Source of the DNA: Candidatus Saccharimonadota bacterium
GTDB taxonomy: Bacteria > Patescibacteriota > Saccharimonadia > Saccharimonadales > Saccharimonadaceae
NCBI GenBank assembly: GCA_017432225.1
Contig: JAFRJN010000004.1
Coordinates: forward strand, 42,201 to 106,200
DNA length: 64,000 nucleotides
Direction: 5' to 3'
The translations under genes were made by a program, and so were the position numbers. Of this stretch, positions 37,433-47,406 are shown piece after piece. Under the pieces are notes generated by a model that ran no database searches, was not told where the DNA came from, and was given only the letters and a program-made list of their open reading frames with translations. The stretch's first letter is position 1; each line of letters opens with the position of its first letter.

Positions 37433-38995
37433 ATGAAAGGGAAGTTTTTTAGAGAAAATCGGTATCTTTTGAAACCGTTTTTAATAATTTTCTTGATTTA
37501 TCTAGTAGGGATTTCGGCGATTATTCTTGCGGGGGTGCATTATGCGGATGATGTGGCACGGACGAACTATGGATACGCGGGATGGTCGGGATTTTCGAGA
37601 TACTTAAGTACGATTTTGTCGCATGGGCTGCACGCGGATAATTATTTGACGAATATTGCACCGCTACCTCAACTTCTCGCGGTGGCGATTCTTGCAGTGT
37701 CTTCGATGATCGTGATTACAGTGGTGAACGGAGCGGAGATTTTTAAAGAAAAATGGACGCGGTGGATTTTGCCGGTGATTGCGGTGGTGCCTTTGGGACT
37801 ATGTCCGTATATGCTGGAGTGTCTTTCGTACCAATACGATGCGGTGTATATGGCGCTGTCGGTGTTTTTTGTGGTAATGCCGTTTTTGTTTTATCGTGAG
37901 TCGCGAGGGAAGTTTGTAGTTTTCTCGGTGATAGGGGTTTTGGGGGCGTGTATGACTTATCAAGTGTCGGCGGGTATTTATCCGATGCTGGCGATATTTG
38001 TGATAATGAAAGATTGGAATGGGAAGAAAATTGAGAATAAAGAAATTATTAAAAATATACTTTTGATGGTGGCGACATTTGGGCTGACGCTCATTTTGTT
38101 CCAGAAAGTCTTGATGAGGCCGCAAGATATATATGTTTCTAATGAAGTGCCAGGGCTGGCGGAATTTTTCCCGTCGCTATTCTCGCACCTGTCACATTAT
38201 TTTGAGCTTTTATTTAACGATTTTCGGATTTTGTGGCTGGTGCTGGTTGGGATAATGATGCTGGAATTTGTGGTGGTATTTGTGAAAAAGAGCGAGAGAA
38301 ATAAGATTCTCGCTGCGGTGCTTGGAATGATTGGAGTGGGGGCGATGCTTCTAATGAGCTACTTGCTTTACTCGGCGCTAGATAAGCCGCTTTATACGAC
38401 GCGGGCGATGTATGCGGTGGGGGCGTTTATGGCAATTATCGGGGTGTACGCCGTGTCGGGGGATGTTTTTGGAAAAATTGCGAAAAAATATGTAGGTAAA
38501 AAGACAGAGATGGAAATGCAGATGTCGGTGCGGATTAGCCGGTTCGTGCTGGCAATCCCGGTAGTGATGCTGGCGTGGTGTTTCTTCTCGTTCGCATTTA
38601 CTTATGGCAATGCATTAAAAGAGCAAGATACTTTTAAAAATATGCAGATTGACATGGTAATATCAGATCTTAATGAGATTGTAAGTGATGGTAAAGTGCG
38701 GAAAGTTCAAGCGGAGGGGCAGATTGAATTTGCGCCGGCAGTGAAACACATGCCGAGCGGTGATTACTTGATCCTCCGGAGGCTTTTGAAACCGAGCTAT
38801 GGGACGACGCCGTGGATGGCCTATCGTTTGACGGAAGCGTCGGGGCTGAATAACTTGGTTTATAATCCAAGTGCGAGCTCGGCGGCTGAAGATTTGTCGG
38901 TACTAAAGGATACAGCACTATATATTATATATGGTGATGATGAAGATATTTTGGTGAGATTTAAGGGCGAGGAATTTAATATATGGGAAGATTAA
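37433..38995 (+). CDS. GT-C fold glucosyltransferase-domain membrane protein (GtrII / GacL-like)
   Basis: 520 aa, polytopic. GVHYADDVARTNYGYAGWSGFSRY after TM1 resembles the Glucos_trans_II family. Start set at ATG 37433. Confidence 0.65.
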   Translation: MKGKFFRENRYLLKPFLIIFLIYLVGISAIILAGVHYADDVARTNYGYAGWSGFSRYLSTILSHGLHADNYLTNIAPLPQLLAVAILAVSSMIVITVVNGAEIFKEKWTRWILPVIAVVPLGLCPYMLECLSYQYDAVYMALSVFFVVMPFLFYRESRGKFVVFSVIGVLGACMTYQVSAGIYPMLAIFVIMKDWNGKKIENKEIIKNILLMVATFGLTLILFQKVLMRPQDIYVSNEVPGLAEFFPSLFSHLSHYFELLFNDFRILWLVLVGIMMLEFVVVFVKKSERNKILAAVLGMIGVGAMLLMSYLLYSALDKPLYTTRAMYAVGAFMAIIGVYAVSGDVFGKIAKKYVGKKTEMEMQMSVRISRFVLAIPVVMLAWCFFSFAFTYGNALKEQDTFKNMQIDMVISDLNEIVSDGKVRKVQAEGQIEFAPAVKHMPSGDYLILRRLLKPSYGTTPWMAYRLTEASGLNNLVYNPSASSAAEDLSVLKDTALYIIYGDDEDILVRFKGEEFNIWED

Positions 38996-39999
38996 TTTCG
39001 GTTGTGGTGCCGGTCTATAATGAGGCGGAGGGGATTTCGAAATTTTTGGATGATGAGCTTTTGCCTACTCTAATGGGGCTGAAATATGATTTTGAAATCG
39101 TGATTGTGGATGATGGATCTATTGATAAGACTTTAGAAAAAGTGCGGGGGGCGGAGATTTTTCGGAAAATCCCGTGTCGAGTGGTGGTGCTAACGCGCAA
39201 CTTTGGTAAGGAAGTGGCGCTGACGGCGGGGCTGCAAGAAGCTTTTGGCGATGCGGTGATAATGATCGACTCGGATGGGCAACATCCGGTGGAAGCAATA
39301 CCAGAGATGATCTTGAGATGGGAAAAAGGCGCGATGGTGGTGACGGCAGTGAGAAAACATAATAGTACGAAACACCGGCTGGGGTCGAGAGTGTATTATC
39401 GGCTGATGAAGACGATGGGGTCTCGAGATTTGGTGGTAGGGGCGATGGATTTTCGGCTGATAGATCGGGAAGTGGTGGATGAGTTTTGCCGGCTGGATGA
39501 GCGAAACCGGTTGACGCGAGGACTGATTGACTGGCTGGGGTTCCCACAAGAATATATTGTGGTAAAGACGAAGGGGCGGCTATCGGGGAAGCCGTCGTAT
39601 AGTTTCAAAAAATTGATGGCGCTCACGATTGATTCGATGGCGTCGTCGTCGAGGACGCCTTTAGTAGTGTTTGGATATATTGGCGGGTTTATTATGGTGT
39701 TTTCGCTGATACTGGGGCTGTTTATTTTGATTGAGCAGTATATTATGGGGGATCCGCTGGAGTTGGATTGGAGTGGGGCGGTGGCGATGAGCGTGTTTGT
39801 GTCGTTTCTAGTCGGGCTGGTACTAGTATCACAGTCGATGACGGCGCTCTATGTGGCGCAAATTCATACGGAAGCAAAGGGGCGACCGCTGTATATTATT
39901 AATAAGAAGAGGTCGTTTGAGAGCGGCTCTGGAGGTGGCGCTAAAGCTGGCTCTAGGGCTGGGGTTAGGGCTGGGGTTGACAAAAAGGAGAGAAAGTGA
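38983..39999 (+). CDS. GT2 polyprenyl-phosphate glycosyltransferase (GtrB / ArnC / GacI-like)
   Basis: ISVVVPVYNE...IVIVDDGSIDKT...MIDSDGQHP plus two C-terminal TMs, the classic GtrB architecture. Confidence 0.85.
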   Translation: MGRLISVVVPVYNEAEGISKFLDDELLPTLMGLKYDFEIVIVDDGSIDKTLEKVRGAEIFRKIPCRVVVLTRNFGKEVALTAGLQEAFGDAVIMIDSDGQHPVEAIPEMILRWEKGAMVVTAVRKHNSTKHRLGSRVYYRLMKTMGSRDLVVGAMDFRLIDREVVDEFCRLDERNRLTRGLIDWLGFPQEYIVVKTKGRLSGKPSYSFKKLMALTIDSMASSSRTPLVVFGYIGGFIMVFSLILGLFILIEQYIMGDPLELDWSGAVAMSVFVSFLVGLVLVSQSMTALYVAQIHTEAKGRPLYIINKKRSFESGSGGGAKAGSRAGVRAGVDKKERK

Positions 40000-40796
40000 T
40001 ACAATCTAAACATAAGCGCTCTGTGCTTTTGAGTTTTGATGTGGAAGAATTTGATCTTCCACGAGAACATGGCGGGGAGATTTCTTTAGAGGAGGGGGTG
40101 AAAGTGTCTTCAGATGGTTTAGTGAAGATATTGGCACTTCTGCGGAGGTCTGAGGTGAGGGCGACGTTTTTTGTGACGGGAAATTTTGCCTCTGCTCGGC
40201 CGGATTTAGTAAAGGAAATTTTGAAAGATGGGCATGAGGTGGCGTGCCACGGGGTGGATCATTTTGAGCCGCGCGCCAGTGACATCCGCGAGTCGAAAAA
40301 AATCGTGGAAAAGGTGGCGGGGGTTAAAGTGGTGGGGTATCGGCAGCCGAGAATGTTTAAAATTGATTATGTAGAGCTTCTAAAGTGTGGATATTTGTAT
40401 GATTCGAGTGTAAATCCGGCGTGGGTGCCGGGGCGGTATAACCACCGAGATGTGCCGAGGAAAGTGTTTGAAAAAAATGGGATAATGGAAGTGCCCGTGT
40501 CGGTGGCGACGGCGATTCGGGTGCCGCTGTTCTGGCTGTCTTTACATCTTTTCCCGATTTCGGTGTATATGGCGGGGGCACGGGAAGCTTTGAAAAAAAC
40601 GGGGTATTTTGCAACCTATTTTCATCCGTGGGAATTTAGTGATTTGCTTAAAGGATATGGGGCGGTGCCGTCGTATATTAAATTAAATAGTGGGGAAAAA
40701 TTGGTGGGGAGGCTGGAGAAAGTAATTTTGAAGCTTAAGAAATCTGGATGTGAATTTATAACATACAAAGACTATGTAGCTCTAGACAAATCTTGA
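39996..40796 (+). CDS. Polysaccharide deacetylase family protein (CE4)
   Basis: [10 protein letters not shown] and ACHGVDH motifs. GTG start overlapping the GT2 stop. Confidence 0.75.
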   Translation: MIQSKHKRSVLLSFDVEEFDLPREHGGEISLEEGVKVSSDGLVKILALLRRSEVRATFFVTGNFASARPDLVKEILKDGHEVACHGVDHFEPRASDIRESKKIVEKVAGVKVVGYRQPRMFKIDYVELLKCGYLYDSSVNPAWVPGRYNHRDVPRKVFEKNGIMEVPVSVATAIRVPLFWLSLHLFPISVYMAGAREALKKTGYFATYFHPWEFSDLLKGYGAVPSYIKLNSGEKLVGRLEKVILKLKKSGCEFITYKDYVALDKS

Positions 40797-40822
40797 GTTT
40801 TGGTGTATAATATATACCGTTT

Positions 40823-43705
40823 ATGGATGATAATTTTATACGAGTCAGAGGTGCTCGGCAGAATAATTTGAAAGATATTGATGTGGATATCCCTAGGGAT
40901 AAGCTCGTGATTATGACGGGTCTCTCGGGGTCGGGGAAGTCGTCTTTAGCATTTGATACGATTTATGCGGAGGGGCAGAGGCGGTATGTGGAGTCTCTCT
41001 CGTCTTATGCACGGATGTTTCTCGGGGTGATGGATAAGCCAGAGGTGGATTCGATTTCGGGTTTGTCACCGGCGATTTCGATTGACCAGAAGTCGACTTC
41101 GAGAAATCCGCGTTCGACGGTGGCGACAGTGACGGAAGTATATGATTATTTGAGGCTTCTATTTGCGAGAGTAGGGGTGCCGCATTGTCCGATTTGCCAT
41201 AAGCCGGTATCAAGACGGACGGCGGAAGATATTGTAAATGAAGTGATGAAATTGCCGCTTGGCTCTAAACTGATGCTACTTGCGCCGATCGTGTCGGCGA
41301 AAAAAGGTGAGTTTTTGCATATCCCAGAACAGTATACTCAAAAAGGATTTTCGCGAGTAAGGGTAGATGGGATTATTTACGCCCTAGATGAATTCCCGGA
41401 GCTAAATAAAAATGAGCGGCACGATATTGAGATCGTGGTGGATAGATTTGTGCTGTCGCCGGAGATTCTATCGAGGATATCTGGGTCGATTGAGCAGGCG
41501 CTCGAGATGGGCGAAGGAATTATCAAGGTGCTCAAAATTACTGATCGCTCGACGGCGGTGGGGGAATCTCGAGTGACTTCGGAAAATACGGAAGTGATTA
41601 CTTATTCGCAGAGGTATGCGTGTCCGGATCATCCGGATGAGTTGATACCGGAGCTGACGCCGCGGCTATTTTCATTTAACGCGCCAGAGGGGGCGTGCCC
41701 GGATTGTACGGGGCTCGGGTCAAAGATGGAAGTGGACCCAGCGCTGGTATTTAATAAAAACCTGACGATTGCGGAAGGTGGAATTCGGCCGTTTAACCGG
41801 GTGCAACAGGAATCTTGGTGGCTGAAAAGGTTGATGGCGGTGGGGTTGAAGCATGGATTTGATGTGTACACACCGATCGGAGATTTGTCAGAAGATGTGC
41901 GGCATTTGATTCTTTATGGGACGGGGGAAGAAAAATATGAAATGAAGATTTCTGGGTCGGGGCGGTTTGCCGATGGGACGGTGTATGAGACGACTTATGA
42001 GGGGGTGATTCCGACGCTTGAGAGGCGGTATAACGATCCGAAGACTTCGGAGTTTACGAAGCATGATATTGAAAGATTTATGCGGGTGAGGGAGTGTCAG
42101 ACTTGTCACGGGGCGCGGCTAAAGCCGGCAGTGCTTGCGGTGACGGTGCACGATCTCAATATTGTGGATATGTGTAATCTGGATGTGGATGCGACACTCG
42201 AGGTTTTGAATAAAGATTTGAAATTTAGCGCTGAAGAAGAGATGATTGCGGCGCCGATTCTGAAGGAAATTCGCGAGCGAGTGAAATTTATGAAAGATGT
42301 GGGGCTCGGGTATTTGGAACTTGGGCGAGCGGCAAATACTCTGTCTGGTGGCGAAGCGCAGAGAATTAGGCTGGCGACGCAAATCGGGTCGGGGCTGACG
42401 GGGGTTCTGTATGTACTAGATGAGCCATCGATTGGGCTGCACCAGAGGGACAATGATAAGCTAATCAATACTTTGAAACATTTGCGAGATCTTCATAATA
42501 CGGTGCTAGTGGTGGAGCATGATGAAGATACGATGAGAGCGAGCGACTATGTGATTGACATTGGGCCTTATGCGGGGGTAAATGGTGGGCGACTGGTAGC
42601 GGCGGGGACGCCGGAAGAGGTGGCCGCTAATCCGGATTCTATCACGGGGCAGTATCTGTCGGGGGCGAAAAATATTCCAGTGCCAAAGAAACGGCGGAAA
42701 GCGCCGAAGGGAATTGAACTGGTGGTACGAGGTGCGCGGGAAAATAATTTGAAAAATATTGATGTGCACATCCCGCTGGGAGTGATGACAGTGGTGTCGG
42801 GCGTGTCGGGGTCGGGGAAGTCGACTCTCGTGAATAATATTTTGTCGAATGAACTTTTGGCGAGATTACATCATGCGCAGACGGTGCCGGGTCTTCACGA
42901 CAAAATTGACGGGGTGGAAAATTTGAATAAGATTATTGTGATTGACCAGAGCCCGATTGGGCGGACGCCGCGGTCGAATCCAGCGACTTATACGGGGGTG
43001 TTTAACGCGATTCGCGAACTTTATGCGTCGCAGCCAGAAGCGGAAGTGCGGGGATACAAGGCAGGAAGATTTTCGTTTAATGTGAAGGGGGGTAGGTGTG
43101 AACATTGTCAGGGTGATGGGGTGAATAAGATTGAAATGCATTTTCTTCCGGATGTGTATGTGACTTGTCCGGCCTGTCATGGGCGGAGGTACAATCGCGA
43201 GGCGCTCGAGATTAAGTATAAGGGTAAAGATATTTCGCAGGTGCTCGACATGACAATTGATGAAGCGGTGGAGTTTTTCTCTAATATTCCGTCGATCGCT
43301 ACGAAACTCCGGACGATTCAGGAAGTGGGCTTAGGGTATATTCGGCTGGGCCAGCCGGCGACGACTTTCTCGGGTGGTGAAGCACAGAGAATTAAGCTCG
43401 CGACGGAACTGGCGCGACGGTCGACGGGACGGACTTTGTACGTCCTCGATGAGCCGACGACGGGGCTACATACGGACGATGTGAAACGGCTACTTGAGAT
43501 TTTAAATAAACTGGTGGACGGGGGGAATTCGATGATTATTATTGAGCATAATCTACATGTGATTAAATCGGCGGACTGGGTGATAGAGATGGGCCCGGAA
43601 GGTGGGTTGAAGGGTGGCCAAGTTTGTGATGAGGGGACGCCGGAAGATCTCGCGAAACGGGCGAAAACTCCGACTGGCGAGTATCTCAAAAAGTATTTGA
43701 AATAA
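40823..43705 (+). CDS. uvrA: Excinuclease ABC subunit A
   Basis: 960 aa. Two ABC modules ([20 protein letters not shown]) and zinc-finger Cys clusters. Confidence 0.97.
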   Translation: MDDNFIRVRGARQNNLKDIDVDIPRDKLVIMTGLSGSGKSSLAFDTIYAEGQRRYVESLSSYARMFLGVMDKPEVDSISGLSPAISIDQKSTSRNPRSTVATVTEVYDYLRLLFARVGVPHCPICHKPVSRRTAEDIVNEVMKLPLGSKLMLLAPIVSAKKGEFLHIPEQYTQKGFSRVRVDGIIYALDEFPELNKNERHDIEIVVDRFVLSPEILSRISGSIEQALEMGEGIIKVLKITDRSTAVGESRVTSENTEVITYSQRYACPDHPDELIPELTPRLFSFNAPEGACPDCTGLGSKMEVDPALVFNKNLTIAEGGIRPFNRVQQESWWLKRLMAVGLKHGFDVYTPIGDLSEDVRHLILYGTGEEKYEMKISGSGRFADGTVYETTYEGVIPTLERRYNDPKTSEFTKHDIERFMRVRECQTCHGARLKPAVLAVTVHDLNIVDMCNLDVDATLEVLNKDLKFSAEEEMIAAPILKEIRERVKFMKDVGLGYLELGRAANTLSGGEAQRIRLATQIGSGLTGVLYVLDEPSIGLHQRDNDKLINTLKHLRDLHNTVLVVEHDEDTMRASDYVIDIGPYAGVNGGRLVAAGTPEEVAANPDSITGQYLSGAKNIPVPKKRRKAPKGIELVVRGARENNLKNIDVHIPLGVMTVVSGVSGSGKSTLVNNILSNELLARLHHAQTVPGLHDKIDGVENLNKIIVIDQSPIGRTPRSNPATYTGVFNAIRELYASQPEAEVRGYKAGRFSFNVKGGRCEHCQGDGVNKIEMHFLPDVYVTCPACHGRRYNREALEIKYKGKDISQVLDMTIDEAVEFFSNIPSIATKLRTIQEVGLGYIRLGQPATTFSGGEAQRIKLATELARRSTGRTLYVLDEPTTGLHTDDVKRLLEILNKLVDGGNSMIIIEHNLHVIKSADWVIEMGPEGGLKGGQVCDEGTPEDLAKRAKTPTGEYLKKYLK

Positions 43706-43706
43706 T

Positions 43707-44345
43707 ATGGCGTGGAAGAATGATCAGGTTTCTTTGAAAGAGACTGAATATATAATAGATAGTGCGACCTCTGCTCTTGAGATCGAGGGGGATTTTGTGG
43801 AACTGGGGTGCTATAGAGGAGATACATCTTTATGTCTGGCAGAGGTTGTGGAAAAGTATAACAAAAATTTGCAAAATACCTCTGATGAACCTGTGGAAAA
43901 CTCTGGTGAAAATTTGGCCAGGAAACTGTGGATTTATGATTCCTTTGAAGGGCTACCAGAGAAGAACAGAGAGGACGAATCGGTGCTGGGGAAGGAATTT
44001 GTCTCTGGGGCGCTAGGGGTGACCAAGAGAGAGGTAAAAGAGAGGTTCTTAAAAGCAGGGCTGAAAGTACCAATAATTAAAAAAGCTTGGTTTAATGAAC
44101 TAACCTCTGATGACATGCCAGAGAAAATTGCGTTTGCTTTCCTCGATGGGGATTTTTATGGATCAATCAAGGATTCTTTGAATTTGGTTACACCTCTGAT
44201 GACCTCTGGAGGGGTGATTCTAGCACATGATTATAACAATCTGGCGCTCCCAGGGGTGAAAAAGGCGGTGGATGAGTGGCTAACGGGGAAGAATGTAAAG
44301 ACTGAAGTATTTGAAACTTTGATCAAAATTACCATAAAGAATTAG
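43707..44345 (+). CDS. TylF/MycF-family (macrocin-O-methyltransferase-like) SAM-dependent methyltransferase
   Basis: GDFVELGCYRGDTS and FLDGDFYGSIKDSL motifs. Confidence 0.7.
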   Translation: MAWKNDQVSLKETEYIIDSATSALEIEGDFVELGCYRGDTSLCLAEVVEKYNKNLQNTSDEPVENSGENLARKLWIYDSFEGLPEKNREDESVLGKEFVSGALGVTKREVKERFLKAGLKVPIIKKAWFNELTSDDMPEKIAFAFLDGDFYGSIKDSLNLVTPLMTSGGVILAHDYNNLALPGVKKAVDEWLTGKNVKTEVFETLIKITIKN

Positions 44346-44368
44346 CACTCTAGGGTTGCAAGTGCCAA
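44342..44368 (+). promoter_or_regulatory. CIRCE-like inverted repeat (HrcA operator candidate)
   Basis: TTAGCACTC-N9-AAGTGCCAA versus consensus TTAGCACTC-N9-GAGTGCTAA (left arm 9/9, right arm 7/9). Overlaps the -35 TTGCAA of the groES promoter. Confidence 0.7.
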
Positions 44369-44383
44369 AAAATGTGCTATAAT
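44356..44383 (+). promoter_or_regulatory. groES-groEL promoter
   Basis: TTGCAA (44356-44361), 16 nt, then TATAAT with an extended TGC (44375-44383). Followed by a leader with AAGGAG. Confidence 0.7.
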
Positions 44384-44422
44384 AGGGGTAGATAAGCGCG
44401 AAAGCGCAAAAAGGAGTAAAAT

Positions 44423-44677
44423 ATGGCACTTAAACCATTAAAGGATAGAATCGTAGCGGTGGTGGAAAAGCCACTAGAGAAGACCAAATCGGGGATTCTC
44501 CTCGGTGAAGCGAAGGAAAAACCGGCCTATGCGGTGGTGGAATCGGTTGGCCCAGAGGTAAAAGCGGTAAAAAAGGGTGACAAAATCGTTTATAAAGAAT
44601 ATTCTACGACAGATATAAAGGTGGACGAAAAAGAATACATCATCGTGAAAGAAGAGGATGTGTTAGCAACTCTGTAA
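44423..44677 (+). CDS. groES: Co-chaperonin GroES
   Basis: 84 aa. LKPLKDRIV...KSGILL pattern. Confidence 0.95.
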   Translation: MALKPLKDRIVAVVEKPLEKTKSGILLGEAKEKPAYAVVESVGPEVKAVKKGDKIVYKEYSTTDIKVDEKEYIIVKEEDVLATL

Positions 44678-44744
44678 ATGAGTGTAAAGGCCAGCAAAAA
44701 TGCGGAAGACCGGTGAAAATTTGAATAAATAATAAGGAGTAAAA

Positions 44745-46355
44745 ATGGCAAAGAAAATTTATTATGAGGCGGAAGCCAGAGAAAAGGTGCTATCAGGGGC
44801 GAAACAGCTCTATGATGCGGTGAAAGTGACATTTGGACCGAAGGGTCAGAACGTGATTATTGAGAAAGATTACGGCGCACCGGTGATTACACATGATGGT
44901 GTGACGGTAGCAGAGGCGGTGGATCTCCCGTCCGATAAGGAAACGATGGGCGAGGCCGTGGGGGTGAAGCTGATCAAAACTGCAGCGCAGAAACTTAATA
45001 AAGTGGCGGGGGATGGCACCACTACGGTGACGGTGCTCACATACAACATCCTCTCGGAGGCAAACAAATTGATCGCTGCGGGGGTGAACCCGATGGAACT
45101 TCGAAGAGGTATCGAGAAGGCCGGCGCGGAAATCGTAGCCCAGATTGACAAAATGTCTGAAAAAATTGAGGGTAACTCCAAGAAAGTGGCAGAAGTTGCG
45201 ACGATTTCGGCGGGGGATGCGCAGATTGGCGAGCTGATTGCGAAAGTGATTTCGAAAATCGGTAAAGACGGCGTGGTGACGGTAGAAGCTGGGCAGGGCC
45301 TTGAAATGGAAGATGAAATCGTGGAAGGATTTACCTATGATAAGGGGTATGCTTCGGCGTTCTTTATCACCGATGTGAACCGGCAGGAGGCGGTGTTTGA
45401 TAAGCCTCTAATACTGGTTACCGATAAGAAAATTTCTTCGGCGAATGAGATTCTGCCACTACTTGAGAAGTGTGCGCAGGCGGGCAAGAAAGAGCTGGTG
45501 ATCATCGCGGAGGAAGTGGAGGGGGAAGCATTGTCGCTACTCGTCCTTAATAAGCTAAAGGGCGTGTTTAACTCTTTGGTACTCAAGGCGCCTTCTTTTG
45601 GTGATAGACGGAAAGAAATTATGGAAGACATCGCGATTCTGACTGATGCGACGGTGGTGTCTGCCGATAAGGGATTGAAGCTTGAGGAAGTGGGGATGGA
45701 AGTACTCGGGTCGTGTGGCAAGGTGATTGCGGCGAAAGATGAAACTACGATTATCAAGGGTGCGGGCGTGAAGGCCGAGGTAGAAGCGAGGATTGAGCTG
45801 ATTCGTAATTTGGCGGAGAATGCGAAGTCTGACTACGAGCGCGAAGAATTTGAAAAGCGGGCGGCAGCGCTATCTGGCAAGGTGGCGGTGATCAAAGTAG
45901 GTGGTGCGACCGAGACCGAGATTGACGAGAAAAAGTTTCGCGTGGATGATGCGGTGGCGGCGACCAAAGCGGCCCTTTCGGAAGGAATTGTTCCTGGTGG
46001 GGGTGTGACTTTGGTAAATCTCGCTACATCGCTCGACGCTACGGATGATGGCGCGCGGATTGTAAAAAATGCGCTGAAGGCTCCGTTTACCCATATCATG
46101 GAGAACGCAGGGCTGAATGCACAGGCGCTACTCGCGCAGGTAGAGTCGGCGAAACCTGGATTTGGTATAAACGTGATGGCGCCAGAGAAGGGCCTGATTG
46201 AAATGAAGAAGGCGGGGGTGATTGACCCGGCGAAGGTGACGAAGGAAGCGGTAAAGAACGCAACTTCGATCGCGGCGACGGCGATTACGATGGGGGCGCT
46301 GATCTCAGAAATTCCAGAGGAGAAGTTGGCGGCTCCGGCGCCAGAGATGTACTAG
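44745..46355 (+). CDS. groEL: Chaperonin GroEL
   Basis: 536 aa. AVKVTFGPKGQNV, AGDGTTTVTVL. Confidence 0.97.
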   Translation: MAKKIYYEAEAREKVLSGAKQLYDAVKVTFGPKGQNVIIEKDYGAPVITHDGVTVAEAVDLPSDKETMGEAVGVKLIKTAAQKLNKVAGDGTTTVTVLTYNILSEANKLIAAGVNPMELRRGIEKAGAEIVAQIDKMSEKIEGNSKKVAEVATISAGDAQIGELIAKVISKIGKDGVVTVEAGQGLEMEDEIVEGFTYDKGYASAFFITDVNRQEAVFDKPLILVTDKKISSANEILPLLEKCAQAGKKELVIIAEEVEGEALSLLVLNKLKGVFNSLVLKAPSFGDRRKEIMEDIAILTDATVVSADKGLKLEEVGMEVLGSCGKVIAAKDETTIIKGAGVKAEVEARIELIRNLAENAKSDYEREEFEKRAAALSGKVAVIKVGGATETEIDEKKFRVDDAVAATKAALSEGIVPGGGVTLVNLATSLDATDDGARIVKNALKAPFTHIMENAGLNAQALLAQVESAKPGFGINVMAPEKGLIEMKKAGVIDPAKVTKEAVKNATSIAATAITMGALISEIPEEKLAAPAPEMY

Positions 46356-46364
46356 ACATGAGCG

Positions 46365-46394
46365 GCGCCTAGCACTAGATGTAGTACTAGGCGC
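46365..46394 (+). terminator. GC-rich hairpin after groEL, no U-tract
   Basis: 12 paired positions, gcgcctagcacta/tagtactaggcgc, with a 4-nt loop. No T run follows, so it may be a terminator or an RNA-stabilising element. Confidence 0.4.
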
Positions 46395-46467
46395 TGTGGC
46401 TAGCAAAAGTGGGGAAAAAGTGATATAATATTTTTAAGTATAATATCAATTAATTTTGGAGTGAAAA

Positions 46468-47169
46468 ATGTCTGGACATAGTAAATGGGCAACGACCAAA
46501 CGTCAAAAAGCGGTGGTAGATGCAAAGCGAGGAGCGCTATTTACCAAAATTGGGAATCAAATTGCGATTGCGGCGCGAGCGGGGACAGACCCAAATATGA
46601 ATCCGTCGCTCGCGATGGTATTAGAAAAGGCGAGGCTCGCAAATATGCCGAAGGCGAATATCGAGCGGGCGATTGCGAGAGTAGCGGATAAATCGGCGGC
46701 GGCGCTGATTGAAGAAGTGTATGAGGCTTACGGGCCAGGGGGTGTTGGCATCGTGATAGAAGTGGCGACGGATAACAAAAACCGGACTTTGCCAGAAGTG
46801 CGGCATACTTTGGATAAGAATGGTGGTCGGATGGCAGATTCGGGAAGTGTGATGTTCCAGTTTGCTAGAAAAGGCGTGATTGAAATTTCCGAAAAGGGTG
46901 ATGATGCGATGATGATGGCGCTCGATGCGGGGGCTGCGGATGTCTCGGAAGAAGATGAAGGAACAGTGATTTATACCGATTCGGCGGAGCTGATGAAAGT
47001 ACGGCAGGCGCTGGTGGACGGTGGTTTGACGATAACTTCGGCGGAGCTTCAGTACGTGCCGAACTCGTATGTGCCGGTAGAGGGCGAAAATGCTGAGAAG
47101 CTAGAGAAGTTGCTTGGGGCGATTGACGATCTCAATGACGTAACAAACGTTTACACGAATGCAGAATAA
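46468..47169 (+). CDS. yebC: YebC/PmpR family DNA-binding transcriptional regulator
   Basis: MSGHSKWATTKRQKAVVDAKRG is the canonical N-terminus. Confidence 0.9.
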   Translation: MSGHSKWATTKRQKAVVDAKRGALFTKIGNQIAIAARAGTDPNMNPSLAMVLEKARLANMPKANIERAIARVADKSAAALIEEVYEAYGPGGVGIVIEVATDNKNRTLPEVRHTLDKNGGRMADSGSVMFQFARKGVIEISEKGDDAMMMALDAGAADVSEEDEGTVIYTDSAELMKVRQALVDGGLTITSAELQYVPNSYVPVEGENAEKLEKLLGAIDDLNDVTNVYTNAE

Positions 47170-47181
47170 AAAATAAAAATT

Positions 47182-47208
47182 GCCCCCGGATAGAACCGGG
47201 GGCTTTTT
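47182..47208 (+). terminator. Rho-independent terminator after yebC
   Basis: gcccccgg-atagaa-ccgggggc followed by TTTTT. Confidence 0.85.
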
Positions 47209-47284
47209 GAGGATATTAGATGGCTCCAAGCATTGCTTTGAATACAGGTGCCATAGTGTTAGCTGAAGTTGCTATCATTTTGAT

Positions 47285-47316
47285 GAAAAATACCCTGCCT
47301 CATTGAGACAGGGTAT
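47285..47316 (-). terminator. Rho-independent terminator about 90 nt downstream of the L,D-transpeptidase gene
   Basis: Minus strand ATACCCTG...CAGGGTAT stem with an inner CTC/GAG extension, followed by TTTTT. Confidence 0.7.
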
Positions 47317-47406
47317 GAAAGTACGTGGCCATGGAGACCAGTTTGTATAGGGGGTGGGTGGTCCCCAGGCCGAATTATGAAGGAGTATGACCAATAAAGA
47401 TAAATT

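Noticed and set aside
43318-44073. 251-aa ORF antisense to uvrA and the TylF-like methyltransferase
   Set aside because: It is Pro/Ser-rich and low in complexity, and it lies antisense to two genes with strong motifs. Similar long antisense ORFs in gtrB (39119-39549), groEL, aspS, ftsH and pilB are rejected for the same reason.
47220-47306. 28-aa hydrophobic plus-strand ORF (MAPSIALNTGAIVLAEVAIILMKNTLPH) that could be a small membrane peptide or toxin
   Set aside because: It starts 11 nt after the yebC terminator U-tract with no promoter in between. Its stop lies inside the loop of a hairpin that works better as a minus-strand terminator. There is no supporting evidence.
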